Shown here: piece by piece, positions 17,184 through 29,998 of the stretch
How positions within the stretch are numbered: position 1 is the first letter of the stretch
Layout of the letters: the number at the start of each line of letters is the position of its first letter
NCBI RefSeq assembly: GCF_006345805.1
Contig: NC_043019.1
Location: forward strand, 16,615,360-16,679,359
Length of the DNA stretch: 64,000 nt
Direction of reading: 5' to 3'
Origin: Octopus sinensis
Taxonomy: Eukaryota
The notes under the pieces: generated by a model
What the model was told of the DNA's origin: nothing
Databases searched by the model: none
The model's input: only the letters and a program-made list of their open reading frames with translations
Made by a program: the position numbers and the translations under genes

Positions 17184-17899
17184 ATGTGTGTGTGTTTGTA
17201 ACTCCTTGTCTTGAGACATTGTGTGATTGTTGTAAATGTCATTTCTAATATTTTGTGCAAACATATCTGGTCCTGAGGGAAATCTTTACCTTGCTTTGAA
17301 ATGGACAAGGGTTGGCAACAGGAAGAGCATTTGGCTGTAGGATGTCTACCTTGACAGATTCTCTCCAATCCATTCAAGCATAGGAAAAGTAGATGTTATT
17401 AGTAACGGGTACCTCGCCCATGACAGGGTGTAATCTATAATAACATTTTATCTAGAAATTTCTCAACATTGTTCCAGAATCTAAGACTAAACAAGAGCTT
17501 TCTGACATTTTAGACCCCCCCCCCATCTGTGCACTATTGATACCTCTTGACTCAAGAGATGCTTGCAATAAAAGTAGATAAGTCTTGCATATATTCTTCC
17601 TGCAGAGCAGTACCTTGTACTTCTTAGAGTGGACTTTTTGTTTTTTCTGTTTTGAATGGCACCTCCAATTTCAATAAACCAGTAGAAATGGATATTCAAT
17701 AGTAAAAGATTTTCCATTGAAGTAGTGCCACCAACCCCATAATTTATCCCAACATCCAAACTAGATGCTTAGCCAAATAATCAGATTCAAAACATTTTAA
17801 TGCAATTTTTTTTTTTTCTTAAGTGCCTTTGATTGGACTTGAAGTGAGCCAACTGTGAATTTTTTTTTTTTCTTGTGTTTTAGTGAAGCATTACGCATT

Positions 17900-18047
17900 A
17901 TGGATTATCATCCTGTGATACTGGCTGCTGGCACCGGGTCAAGAATGAATGACCTCACTGCCAACACGCCAAAAGCTCTGTTGACTGTCGGAAACAAACC
18001 AATGATTTGGTATTCTATTAACATGTGTCAGAAGGCAGGTTTTCAAG
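17900..18047 (+). CDS. EIF2B3: EIF2B3 coding exon (acceptor at 17884, conserved Met at 17900)
   Basis: MDYHPVILAAG...KAGFQ; donor AAG|GTTTGT, phase 1. Confidence 0.92.
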
Positions 18048-21000
18048 GTTTGTAATGAGTTTTTGCTCTTCTAATCTATTCTGTGAATATACGACCCTCT
18101 TCTTCATCCATCCCTTTTCTCATTAACAACAACATGGCCTTAGAGCCTGATGAAGGCCTCTTGTCTTGATGCTCTCAAGTTTTATCAGTTAGGAAGATGG
18201 CTCTCTCCTGAATTATCTAGGACGACTGATTTTAGGAAGTGCACCACTTCAGATATTTCAAAGCCATGTCTCCAAAAACCACCTTCAAGTAAAACGGCAA
18301 AATACTTAGTCTTGTGGGAACTGGTGAAGCAGCAACTTACCAAAAACCAGATCAAGAGGAGAAAATGGGGGTTGCCTGGGACATGCCCTATGGAAACAAG
18401 TTTCCAACATTACAAAGCAAGCCCTCCAATGGCCACCCCAACAGAGACATGTGTGGCAGACCAAGAACATGAAGTTCTACAGAAACTTAAGCAATGGCAG
18501 GCAGCTACACCTGGAGACAACTGCATTCCAGTGCCAAAGATTGAGACTGGTAGAAGAGCTCTTCTTGGAGTCTTATACTCCACATAGCCAAAGGAACTCG
18601 GTCAGTTTAATTTGTCATGGTTGAAATATTTCTTACCTTTCAAAGTCAACCTTGTCACTGGTGTGGCTTTTAACAAAGTTCAAGCTATGAGTTTACCTGG
18701 GTAGATGACTAGATATAAGGAATCTTGACCTAAATCAAAAAAGTATTTTAAATCTCTCAGCTCTTCATGGAAGATTTCATGTGGTTGTTATGCTTTTTTT
18801 TTTTTTTTCATTCTTTGTATTGTTGGTGACCTACCCTATAACTAACAGTTGTATTGGTTAGCAAACATAATTTTCAACTTTTGAAAAAGATTTAATTTCA
18901 ACGTGTTACATCCAAATCTATTTGGTTGCCTGGCTGTTATTTCTCAGTTCCATGTCTTGATTTTAAGGGATTTTTATATCTTGATAACATTTCAATATTG
19001 GTGATATATTGTTTTTGCATTGATAATTAGAGGCAATGGTACTTGTTCAAGAATCCAAACGATCTGAAATAAAAAGAAAACTCGAATTTTATGAATTCAT
19101 TATAAAGCTTGACTTTGTCAATGTTCCTGATGACAGCAGTGGAACGGCCGATGCCTTGAGACTAATTCGGAATAAAGTGAAGGTAAATCACATTTCATTC
19201 TTTCTCATCCTGAAAATATTATTAATGTCATTTTTAAATATGAAGCCTCAACATAAAGGGCTACTCTAATTTTCGTTTGTTGGACCCTAAAATCATTTCT
19301 CCTGATGAAGTAACATTATTTAATACATTTTTAATTGGTTTCTATTAACTGAGAATAGGATTTCAAATATATTTGTATCGCATTCCTTCCATGTATGTTT
19401 TCAGGATTCTTGTTAATTCCTAAAATTCTCTTAAATTGAAGTTTGGTGTTCCAAGCTTTGATTTCTGCCAGGGCTGTTTTACCTTTCAACTTTACCTTTC
19501 TGCAACCAATGCATGTCTTTATACAAAATCACTCTAAAAGTCCAAGACAGTGAGACCAGACTAAATGTTCTGCCGTGTTTTGTCTCCCTCAAATCAATTC
19601 TAAGCACCAGTGATGTGAATAGGTGAGTGGTTTGGTTGACTGTTAGGAAAATTTGGCCATTTTTAAGCAACAAATCCATTTCCTGAAACCATGAAGACTG
19701 CTGTAGAGGAAGGCTCTGCAATTAGAATCTGGCCATCGACTGGGCAGTGGAGAATGTCTTCTGACCAAACTGTCACCCTACCACTCCTGATTCACCTTTG
19801 ACTCCATAACACTTCACAACTTTTAATTTTCTTGACCCTAACCCTAACTTCCTAGAATATAGGACCACTCTGTATCTGTATGAAGGCTGAGTGGTCAGCA
19901 ATTTGAATCTGTATATATGTGGCTTAAGTGGTCAGCAGTTTGATACCCGAGAGTGTATTGTACCCATGAGCAAGACATTTCTCATTGCTCCACTCCCCTC
20001 ACCTATCAAAAATGACAGTACCTGTTTTGGAAAGGGCCAGCCTTGTCACATTCTGAGTTGAGTCAAATCTCTCTGAGAACTACTGTAAGGGTACACGTGT
20101 CTACGGAATACTCAACCACTTGCATATTAATTTCACAAGCAAGTTCTTCAAATGATCAGATCGACTGGAACACTCATCATCATAACTGACAGTGCCAGTT
20201 ATCTGTATGCGTTTGGTCAAGGAAAAGCAACCAGTGAGACCCCAAATATTTTAGCAAAAACAACCCCCCTTCACCCAACACACTTTTTTTTCTTTTCCAA
20301 ACCAGTTTTAATTTCTGTTGTCTTTTCAGTATGACTTATTGATCATCTCCTCTGACCTCATCACCACATTGCCTCTCCACTATTTCACCAACCATTTCAA
20401 AGCCTATGATGCCTCCTTCTTGATGCTTCTTTCACCTCTGCCAGAGTCATTTAACGAGGCCCCAGTTCCTGGAGTGAAGGTTGACAAACAAAATGGTCAG
20501 TGTTTGTTTTGTGTCTTTTTTTTTCTTTTTTTTCTACTTTGAGTTGATGAGGATGGTTTTGTTTTTGCAGAATCGCTGAAACATTCAAATGAAATGCTTT
20601 GTAGTCTTAGATTTTTGTTCCAAGTTCAAATCTTGCCTTTTTTATCTTTTTACCATTGGCAAAAATCAATAAGACTAGTAACATCACATATTGGAATTGA
20701 TTTCTTGGACGATTCTCTCGTCACTAACATTTCCTGGTTTTATGTTGCTGCTAATAATGAGAATGTCTATCTTGTTGCTGAAAACAGGATCTCAGACACA
20801 TTTGTGCCACATTGCTGTCTATGAATTCCCTGCTTACCATTCTTTCATTTTGCATTAGGCTTCATCAGGTAAAAACAAATGAGATACCACACTAGTAATT
20901 TACAGCCAGTGGTCAGTTGACACTGACCATAAAGGTCAGTGTAGCAGTAGTGGTTGTATTTAGTGGTTTTGTAACCACGTTTCTATTAAAATACACTAAC

Positions 21001-24000
21001 TTTAGCTAATTTTATAAAAACTCTAGATTATGCAGGGGTTTGCTAAAATGGTTTCATTCATTAAGCTCTTTAATGCTGTCTCCCACTCTCTCTCTCTCTC
21101 TCTCCCCCACTCTCTCTCTCTCTCTCCTGCACTTCCCTCAGGTTTGGTAGTTATGTATTTCCTTTGTGGCAGTGCACCTGTTTCTGTCTTCGTTCCTGAT
21201 CTCTCTCTCTCTCCGAGTAACCTTGTACCTCCTCTACAGCAAGACACCTGTTTCTGTCTCACTATAACCTTTCATCATCCGACACAATACCCCCTCCTCC
21301 TATGCCCCCCCCCTCTCAAAAGAGATTTCTTTTTTCTTTGTCTCACAAGTATTTGGTGACCCTGTCAGTGCAGGTGCCACTTAAAAAGCACTCAATCCAC
21401 ACTGTAAAGAGGTTGGCATTGGAAGGGCATCCAGTTGTAAAAACCTTACCAAAACTGACCTCACCTGTGCTTGTGCCACATAAAAAGCACTCAGCCCACT
21501 CTGCTGAGGGGTTGGTATTAGGAAGGGCATCCAGCTGTAAAAATCCTGCCGAAATCTGGTGCAGGCTTCTTCCTGGTTGGCTCCTGTCGAACTGTCTCGC
21601 CCCGCCGACATTAAGCGATGATAATGATGATTGTAGTTGGATTGGTATCAAAACAGTTTTAAATGTTTGCTAGTAATATTTCTCTCGGAACGATTAACAG
21701 AAATATCTTATCAAAATTGGATTCATAATTTTACATTTTAATTAAAATAGATTAGCTTTTGGGTAATTCTTGTTCAGTAGCATTCCAGTGTTGATCCCCA
21801 AATTTTTTCCAGACAATGTATCTGGAATATTATCCAAATATTCTTTATTTCCAGATTATTTGAGGGAGATTTGGCTATGATTTCTGACCGTTCATGTGAC
21901 CATGCAGAGGCTCTGTCATTGACTTCTGTCTAAGGATCTTCTTAATTCTTTCTTTCTGTAAATCTGACATTTTGAAGAAAAACCAAATAAATTTTCCTAA
22001 TTACATCTTCCCTATTTTCTCTCTACTCCCGTGTGCAGAAGGAGACGTGATTGGTCTGGATAAAGAGTTGCAGCGACTGGTCTTCCACAGCAATGAAGCC
22101 GACCAGGGTGACTTTATAACATTTAGTCACTCCTTCCTGACACAGTAAGTTCCAGGCATTTTAATTTTGAGTTTCAGCCATTAGACTGTGGCCATGCTGG
22201 GGCTCCACCTTGAAGGGTTTAGCATGGGTGAAATAGTTTTTATCGGAATGGTTTTTAATAACTGGCATCTCTTCCAACCAGTAACCATTCATCTGTAAGA
22301 TAAATATTGATTGGAACTGGTTTTTGCCAGCTGTTGGTGCAGTTTAAGTACACAACATGAAGCTTGTAATTAATTTTTTCTCCTATATTGTTCATGTCGT
22401 TAACCGAGTGGATAACGATGCTCTAACTTGGTTTTGTAGAAATAGACATTCCAAGTTTGGCCCTAATGTGGAATGATTTACATCAAGGTTAAGCTCCCAG
22501 CGGTTTTTTAAATGGGGTTTTAATGTTAGAACATCATATCAAGATTTTTTTTTTTAACCTCCTACTTTTTGAATCTGTTTTTTATTTAAAATATGAACGT
22601 TATTCCAGGTTATCTCTAATCGGATTTATGAAAAATAATTCAACCATAGCCATCCCCACCCTTTTATTTTTTTTTTTTCCACCCTGGACAGAATATATAT
22701 TGAAAACTCGTTATACACTGTTTCCTTTTAAGATCACAGAATATTATTTAGTGCAATTTGATGGCTGCAGTTTTTAGCGGGTTTTCGGACCACATCCTCC
22801 CTATATCCTCTTCTGATATGGTTGTAGTGAGAGGAGTTGTGACTAGCTAAGACACTCGGTTTCTGTTTAATACTGCAGTTCATCCCTGTGGAAATGCCAA
22901 GTGTCCAGCCGTCTGCTACAAGATGTTTGACAAATGCTGAAGGCACTTCTTTATGGTCAATCAACTTGCTAGAAAAAGCAACCAAATCTCCATATCACTT
23001 CTGCAGCTTATTTGTCTATATAGTTCCTGGGTGGTCACAGCATGGGCACCTTTTAACCATAGGTCCATTTGACCAGGTTTAACCTAGAGCTAAGCATCTA
23101 ATTTTGGATGGACTGTATTTTCCTCCCAAAGAAAAAAACACTTTCCATCATTTCACTTTCCAGAAGCCTGGTTCTTTTTGTTTTTACTCTTCCTTTTCCA
23201 GGTGTCCATTTATATCGTTGCGGACCGACATGACTGACTGCCATTTGTATATTATGAAGAAATGGATTTTTGAATTCCTTCTCGATAGGCCGTGAGTATT
23301 AAAGAAACCACAACTGTTGTTGGAGTAGATTTTGTGGTAATTACAGGTGACTGATAAAACACCCAGAGGTAAGCCATAAGGCTCTCACTGCATTATACTT
23401 TGTTTGGTTTGCAGTGAAGTTGTGGTGGTCATTCTCTGACTGTACTGTTCTAAACTGGAGGTTTTAAAATAACCCCTTTTAAACCTAAGCACTTCATTGT
23501 CATCACTGGCAAAACTGTAAAGATCAAATTGTATATTGATTGTCTCTCTTTCTCCCCATTTCAGAATTTGTAAATTTCTTATTTGAGGGTGTTGGGTTGA
23601 TTATAATGTTTGATTTGAACTTTTGGTAGAGCAAGGACAGAGGAAAGGGTGTGTTTTGCTCATGTGGAATAATGGCAGGGGGTGGCCATAAAACAAACAA
23701 ATAGATGACAAACCTAATTGTTAATTGAACTGTAACTTGGAATGGAATTAGGGTTTAACAAACATCCCCACCAACTTACCTGTTTTCACATTTTTCTCAT
23801 TCTTTTCCCTTTATTTCTCTGTGGTTGACTTTCTGTTGCTGATGGTTTGTCTATACTGAATTGGGATGGTCTTTATAAATCAGGGATTCTAATAAAAGAA
23901 AAGGTTTTGTGTGTATATTTATTTCTGCAGCTGGAAATCTCTCAACTGTGAAATAGGAAAGCTCTTTTGTTCACACTTGAGCAAACAAAATCCTATTCTC

Positions 24001-24445
24001 CTCCTGACAAAGGCTATTAATAAAATGTGAATTTTATGACCAGGAGAATTTTATTGAGCCAGATTAAGGATTAGACATATTTAAGGGTTTATTGCTGTAT
24101 ACTGAATATTTTATCAGAATTTAGTTTCATCATTATCTTGAGCTGAAAACACTCAATGTGGCACAGTGTTGTGTATTATGGAGCCCAACCCTCAGAATCA
24201 GAAACGATTAGACTAAAGGAGACCCGCTGGGACCTAACTCTGCTGTTACATACTCCCACCAACTGTTTAACTACTAGCTTCATATGCCACCTCAGAGTGC
24301 ACAAAGAGTAAAGCTGCTAATGTGCACATGCACGGACGCATGCGCACATGCATACGTACACTTGCGCACACTCACACACTTACGCGCACTCACACACTTA
24401 CACACACTCACACACTTACACACACACACACTTACACACATACAC

Positions 24446-24514
<69 letters not shown>

Positions 24515-27500
24515 CTTACCCATCATCAGTTTTATGTTTGCAAAATGAATTATTTATATTTTTTTTATTGGCACATGTCTTAAAATGTGCAAGTGGGGTA
24601 TAAACTCTGTCATGAAATCCAAACAGGGTTTCAAACTTAAGAACCTGATTATTGCAAATGGTGTTTTTGTACTGAGACCTTCATCAGACGATCCTGATTG
24701 TTGTTGTAATTCTTCTGTTTCCATTTTTGTTACTGCAGGAAGATCACAACCCTCAAAGGAGAACTGGTCCCTTACATTGTCAAAAAGCAGTTCTCTAAGA
24801 ACAAGTCAAAGAAAGATGACACAAGCGAAGGATTGAGTAAGAAAAGAGGTAAAAAGAATTTTAAATGAATTTCAGTTGAGAATCCAAAAAACTATAATCT
24901 CGTTAACATCTGGAAACAATCTGCTTTAAAAGTTTACATCTACATAACATTTTGATTGGTCAGTTCTCCAATCCTCGTTTTTAAGTCTCTTTCCTGGACC
25001 TGTATACAGTAGATAAGGACATTGTTGGTTTTAAAATATTGTTTCAAATCCAATTTGGTTCTGTGTATGCATCCAATAAAATAATTGAGAATCAGACCAA
25101 ACTGATCTGAACTTAATGTAGATGGAAATATTTAAGCTACAGATTTGCGAGACAGACTACTTAACTACAAGATCAGGGTTATAGTCATTCCTTGACTGTT
25201 GAAGAAGTCTGAATGTCTTTGGGCCAAGAATGGGAAGGAGAGATTGGATTTGAAAAGAAAAAAATGTCAAGAATGAAAATGGTGGGGTTTATTTTTTCAT
25301 CAGTCTTTTTTTTGTTTATCATCTTGCAGACATTTACAGCTACATTCCAAAGAGTTTCCTAGCAGAAGCATATCAACTGACGTTAAGCAATAAGGTGTCT
25401 CCTACGTATCATGAAGAGATACACTGTTATGTGTACATCCAAGAAAAAGGGTTCTGTGTCCGAACCAACACCCTCGCAAACTATGCTGAAGCCAACCGAC
25501 AGGTAATTATGCTACTGCTGCTGTTTATCCCTATTTCAACATCCACTTGGTCGTGCTTGCATGGGTCAAACAGGTTTTTATGCCCAGGTGCTTTTCCTTT
25601 TACCAACCTTCGCCTGTTTCCAAAGAAAATCATATTTTGGCAATGACTTACACCATTTCTATGAGAGTGAGGCTTGTTTACAACTATTAATCTATGCTAA
25701 GTCAAGGAAACACAAAAACATGTACACACACACACCCATGCACCCAAACGCAATAACCTACCCACTGCACTACACACCCACACCACACACTTTATTTTCC
25801 AAATCATCCTGTCGCAATGCTTTAGTTGACCTGAGGCTATAGCAGAAGACACTTCTCCAAGGTGCCAAGCAAGGGGACTGAACCTAAGACCTTTTGGTAG
25901 GGATGCCAACTTCTTAACCATACTGCCATACCATTTATGTATTCTCTTTAATCCAGTTTTTAAGATACTGGGTCCTAAATGAATAACAGATTTACACTTG
26001 CTAATATTCTAGAATAATTTTTCTTTGTATTCTGTATTTTTCAGATCCTGAAACACTTCCCAGAATTGATGCCACCTGGAACATTATCCAAGATTACGGC
26101 AGGCAAATCATCAAAGGTAAAGTCTGTTTACTTTTTCCTGGAAGTAGGTCTGCTAGAAACTGCAGTTCTAACATGTTGGCATTTTAGAAAGAGATTATTT
26201 TCTCTGCAAAATTCCTGATAAGCGTAGAGGTGGGTGCTGAGAATCTTGTGCCTGAGATTGTCAATTGAAAAATGGCTGCTGGTTTGGTCAGACCAGCTGT
26301 AGCAGCTTAAGATGGCTGGCCACAGTTGGTGGCCATCTTCCAAGTAGTTTCTATTACTTGATCTTGGCATTATTGAACTAATATCCACTGTATTAACCCA
26401 AGACATCTTGGCACTTTTTTTAAAATCTCACAAGAGACCAAGAGGTTTGAAAAGGGGCAGGATAGATATGGTCTTGTAAAAGCAGCAACTTATAATCCTT
26501 TTTATATTCATTTTTTTTTTCCATCTTTTGTTCTGTTTTTGGTCAAAATCCAGGGGACCTGTGAGCAAAAATATTCCAGTTATGACCATGGCTTTTTGTT
26601 TTTTTTATGCAACGTCTCATTTTTTTAGTGTGATTTGAGGTAGATTTAGCTGTAATTTCTGAAAGGAATACGTAAAGGCTTCTTCATTGAAGTTATTTTT
26701 CCTTTTTCCATTTTTTTTCCTGCATGCAGGGGATGGTTTATTTATTTATTTTTAATTTGTTCATTTTATAATTAGATATGTTTTTTATCGTAAGGATTGA
26801 AGCCTATTTTGTTCAGCTGAGCAAACTAAGGCAAGTAGTTTCAGGTGCCTTATTTGAGGTACAACACGAGGCTACCCTACAATATCATTTATTTGACAGT
26901 ATTTACTGTGATCAGCAATTTTAACTTCATGGCCATTGTGTGGATAATACTATTGGGTTGGGACACAATTATTGCAGCCTTTTTTTTTTCAACAAATTTT
27001 ATTCAGCAAAAACAATATGTAACAAAAACATCTTTAAATGATTATTCCGGAGCATATTCACAATCTACTTCAATTACCGCTTCCCATTTGCTTGGCAGAC
27101 TGTCAGACCATCATTTAAAGATGTTTTTGTTAAATATCGTTTTTGTTGAAAAAAGCCACAATAATTATGCACCAACCCAATATATCCCTTACATATCAAA
27201 CACTGATTGGTGTGGAACAGGGAGCATTTAGTTTTTAACCTTTTACCTAATAAAGTGTGTGGATACTGGAGGGGAATTTTTTTTTTTTTTTTTTTTTTTT
27301 CAGAAAAAAGTATTGGTATGTAGTTTATGTAAATTCTCCCCCATTCTTCCCGTCCCCTTCCTTCCCTTGCATTCCTATCTCCTTTCTCTTCAGGATTGCA
27401 AATCTTGAAATTCCTTCTGCTGGCCACACTTTTTCTGCAATCAGTGACTCACTAAAAATGGTTTGATTTAGGCACAATGATGCTTCAGGATGGTGGTGGG

Positions 27501-29755
27501 GAATAGTTGATGCCATCAACTCAAGTACTTGATTTTAACAGACCCCCAACAAAAAGATGATAGGAAAAGTTGAACCTGGCAGAATTTTAGCTCAGAATAT
27601 ATTGAAAAAAAAAAAAAAAAAATACTACAAAGGATTCCCCCCCCCCTCCCAACACTAATGTCTGCCATCATTGATAAACTAATCATCAATCACATCTAGT
27701 CTGCAGCAGTCATGGGTTCTGTCCCTCCTTGACTTCTTAAAGAAAGAAAAAAATAGACTCTTAACATTTGTCATTCACCTTCCAGCCTGTGTCTGCACAA
27801 TGGCTCTGTATGGTCTTATGCTAATAGAAATGGAATGGTCAATTTTTGTTCATCTTTTGTTCTGTTTTTGGCCCAAATTCAGGGACCTGTGAGCAAAAAT
27901 ATTCCAGTTATGACCATGGCTTTTTGTTTTTTATGCAATGTCTCATTTTGCAAGTTGTTGAATTTTAAAGTTTTCTATTTAAAGCTCTTTTTTCCCTCTT
28001 GACCAGATCGATGATGAATCTTTGCTGGACGGAAGTGTTTCTTTGGGCAAAAATGTGTCCATCACGCATTCGGTGATTGGTGCTTACTGCAAGATTTATG
28101 ATAAAGTGAAGATTACTAATTCTGTCGTTTTGGATCATACAGAAATTGGCGAAGGGTAAGTGTAACAGCAGCTTTGGTACTAACAATTATGCGGTTGGGT
28201 GGGGGTGGGGGGGCGATAGACTGACTTTATTTTACACAAATTTATAGCTGACAGCTTTCTTAACTCTCGCCTCGACTGCTGTTGGTTTGTCAATCTCCTT
28301 TCCTACACTCCACAATATGTGACATATTACTTCTACACACAGATATCTCTTACAGCAACCATTAACAGGTGAATCCTGTCACAGACCACAACTGCTAGAA
28401 ACATGACAGTTATTAAGAATAAATATTGTCTGTTCATAAACTCTGGTTTATGAAATAGCCATTTCTGCTGCTAGTGACACTAATAACTATTCCATGCTTG
28501 CACGAGTTGGACGAAACTTCCATTGAGGCAGAATTTTCTGATACTAACCATCACTTGTTTCAATTCAAGGTAATAATTCCCTCAGTCTATTGAACAACAA
28601 ATGTCCTGGACATGTTTCTGCAAAGGACTGAACAAGCACTGTATGAATAGTGAGGGTTTTTAACTTCTAAACGTTTATTTTCAGCAAGATCTGGTAGCCC
28701 TGCAGGCCTGTCAAGCAACTATCACATTTAGGCCAGGACAGGACTGTCCCGGTTGTTTAGTGCCGAGGCCATCTAGTTGTTGAATGACTCTCAGTTTAAA
28801 TAGTTTCAATTACATCAGACACTTGAGTCACCACTGAATTAGTAGTTATATTACATATAATATAATATAGCGAGAGAGAGATTAGATAATAATTATTGCA
28901 GTCCCTCGTAAGTGCTCTCTTTACTAAGTTGACCACATAAGAGTTTGCTACTGCTTACATTGTATATGGTTAACCCTTTAGCATTCAAACCGGCCATATC
29001 TGGCCAAAATATTTAACCTGTTTTATATTGAAACTGACCTCAGCCCTACCATGTCATTCTAAAACTAAAAAATCACATGACTGAAATCTCTAAACTACAA
29101 GATAATGTAGGATTAATTCAAAACAATATAAATATACAAACATCACATTTGACAGAATAATCTGAACATTGAAACAGTTAATGCTACTCTGGTCTTCTAA
29201 GACCTGTCAGTCATTGGTTCATCACCAACACTAATGAGGACTCCTCCTACTGTATAATTTTTTTTAGTTTGTAAACTTCTTCCTGCAGACCAAAACTGCA
29301 GCCATAGTGTGTCTGTGCCTATAACGATCAGTTTAAACTAATGTGGAAGCACTTTTTACCTGTTGTTCATGGTTTCGTCGGTTGCTCCATATTGGACTGC
29401 AGCAAAACCCGATGATCCCAGCATTTCACTTCCCCTAAATAGTCATTATTTGGTGAGTTTGCTGTATGTTATACTTTATCTAACTCTAAAGCTGTGTTAA
29501 AACTATTTAATTCCAATTTAATTTTCCAATTAAATAGAATAAATTTTGTACAAGCTTTATACTCTTTCTGTACGAGCTTCACTGTTATTTGTGTGTGTAT
29601 ATTTATGTTTGGATTTGTTTCATGTTTGATGTATTTATTGCAGGAGCATTATTGATGGGTGTATAATATGTGACAGTGTATACATTGGCGAGAATTGTGA
29701 TCTGAAGGATTCAATTGTTGGCAGCCAAGAGAAAATAGAAGCTAACAGTAAGTCA

Positions 29756-29836
<81 letters not shown>

Positions 29837-29914
29837 TTCTCTCTCTTCTCTTTCTCTTCTCTCTTCTCTCTTCTCTCTCTCTTTCTCTCTCTCTCTCTTT
29901 CTCTTCTCTCTCTT

Positions 29915-29998
<84 letters not shown>

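Noticed and set aside
17400-17470. Possible Helitron 3' end on the minus strand
   Set aside because: The hairpin is weak, the terminal CTAG is absent and no 5' TC end was identifiable.
18150-18587. 145-aa ORF in an EIF2B3 intron
   Set aside because: It is a frameshifted RTE remnant, not a host exon; including it would break the EIF2B3 frame.
24284-24603. HT/CV-repeat ORFs
   Set aside because: They are (CA)n microsatellite translations.
26128-26406. Possible piggyBac transposase remnant on the minus strand
   Set aside because: Only a vague resemblance (YL.D.A.N.W.L-like); too decayed to support without a search.
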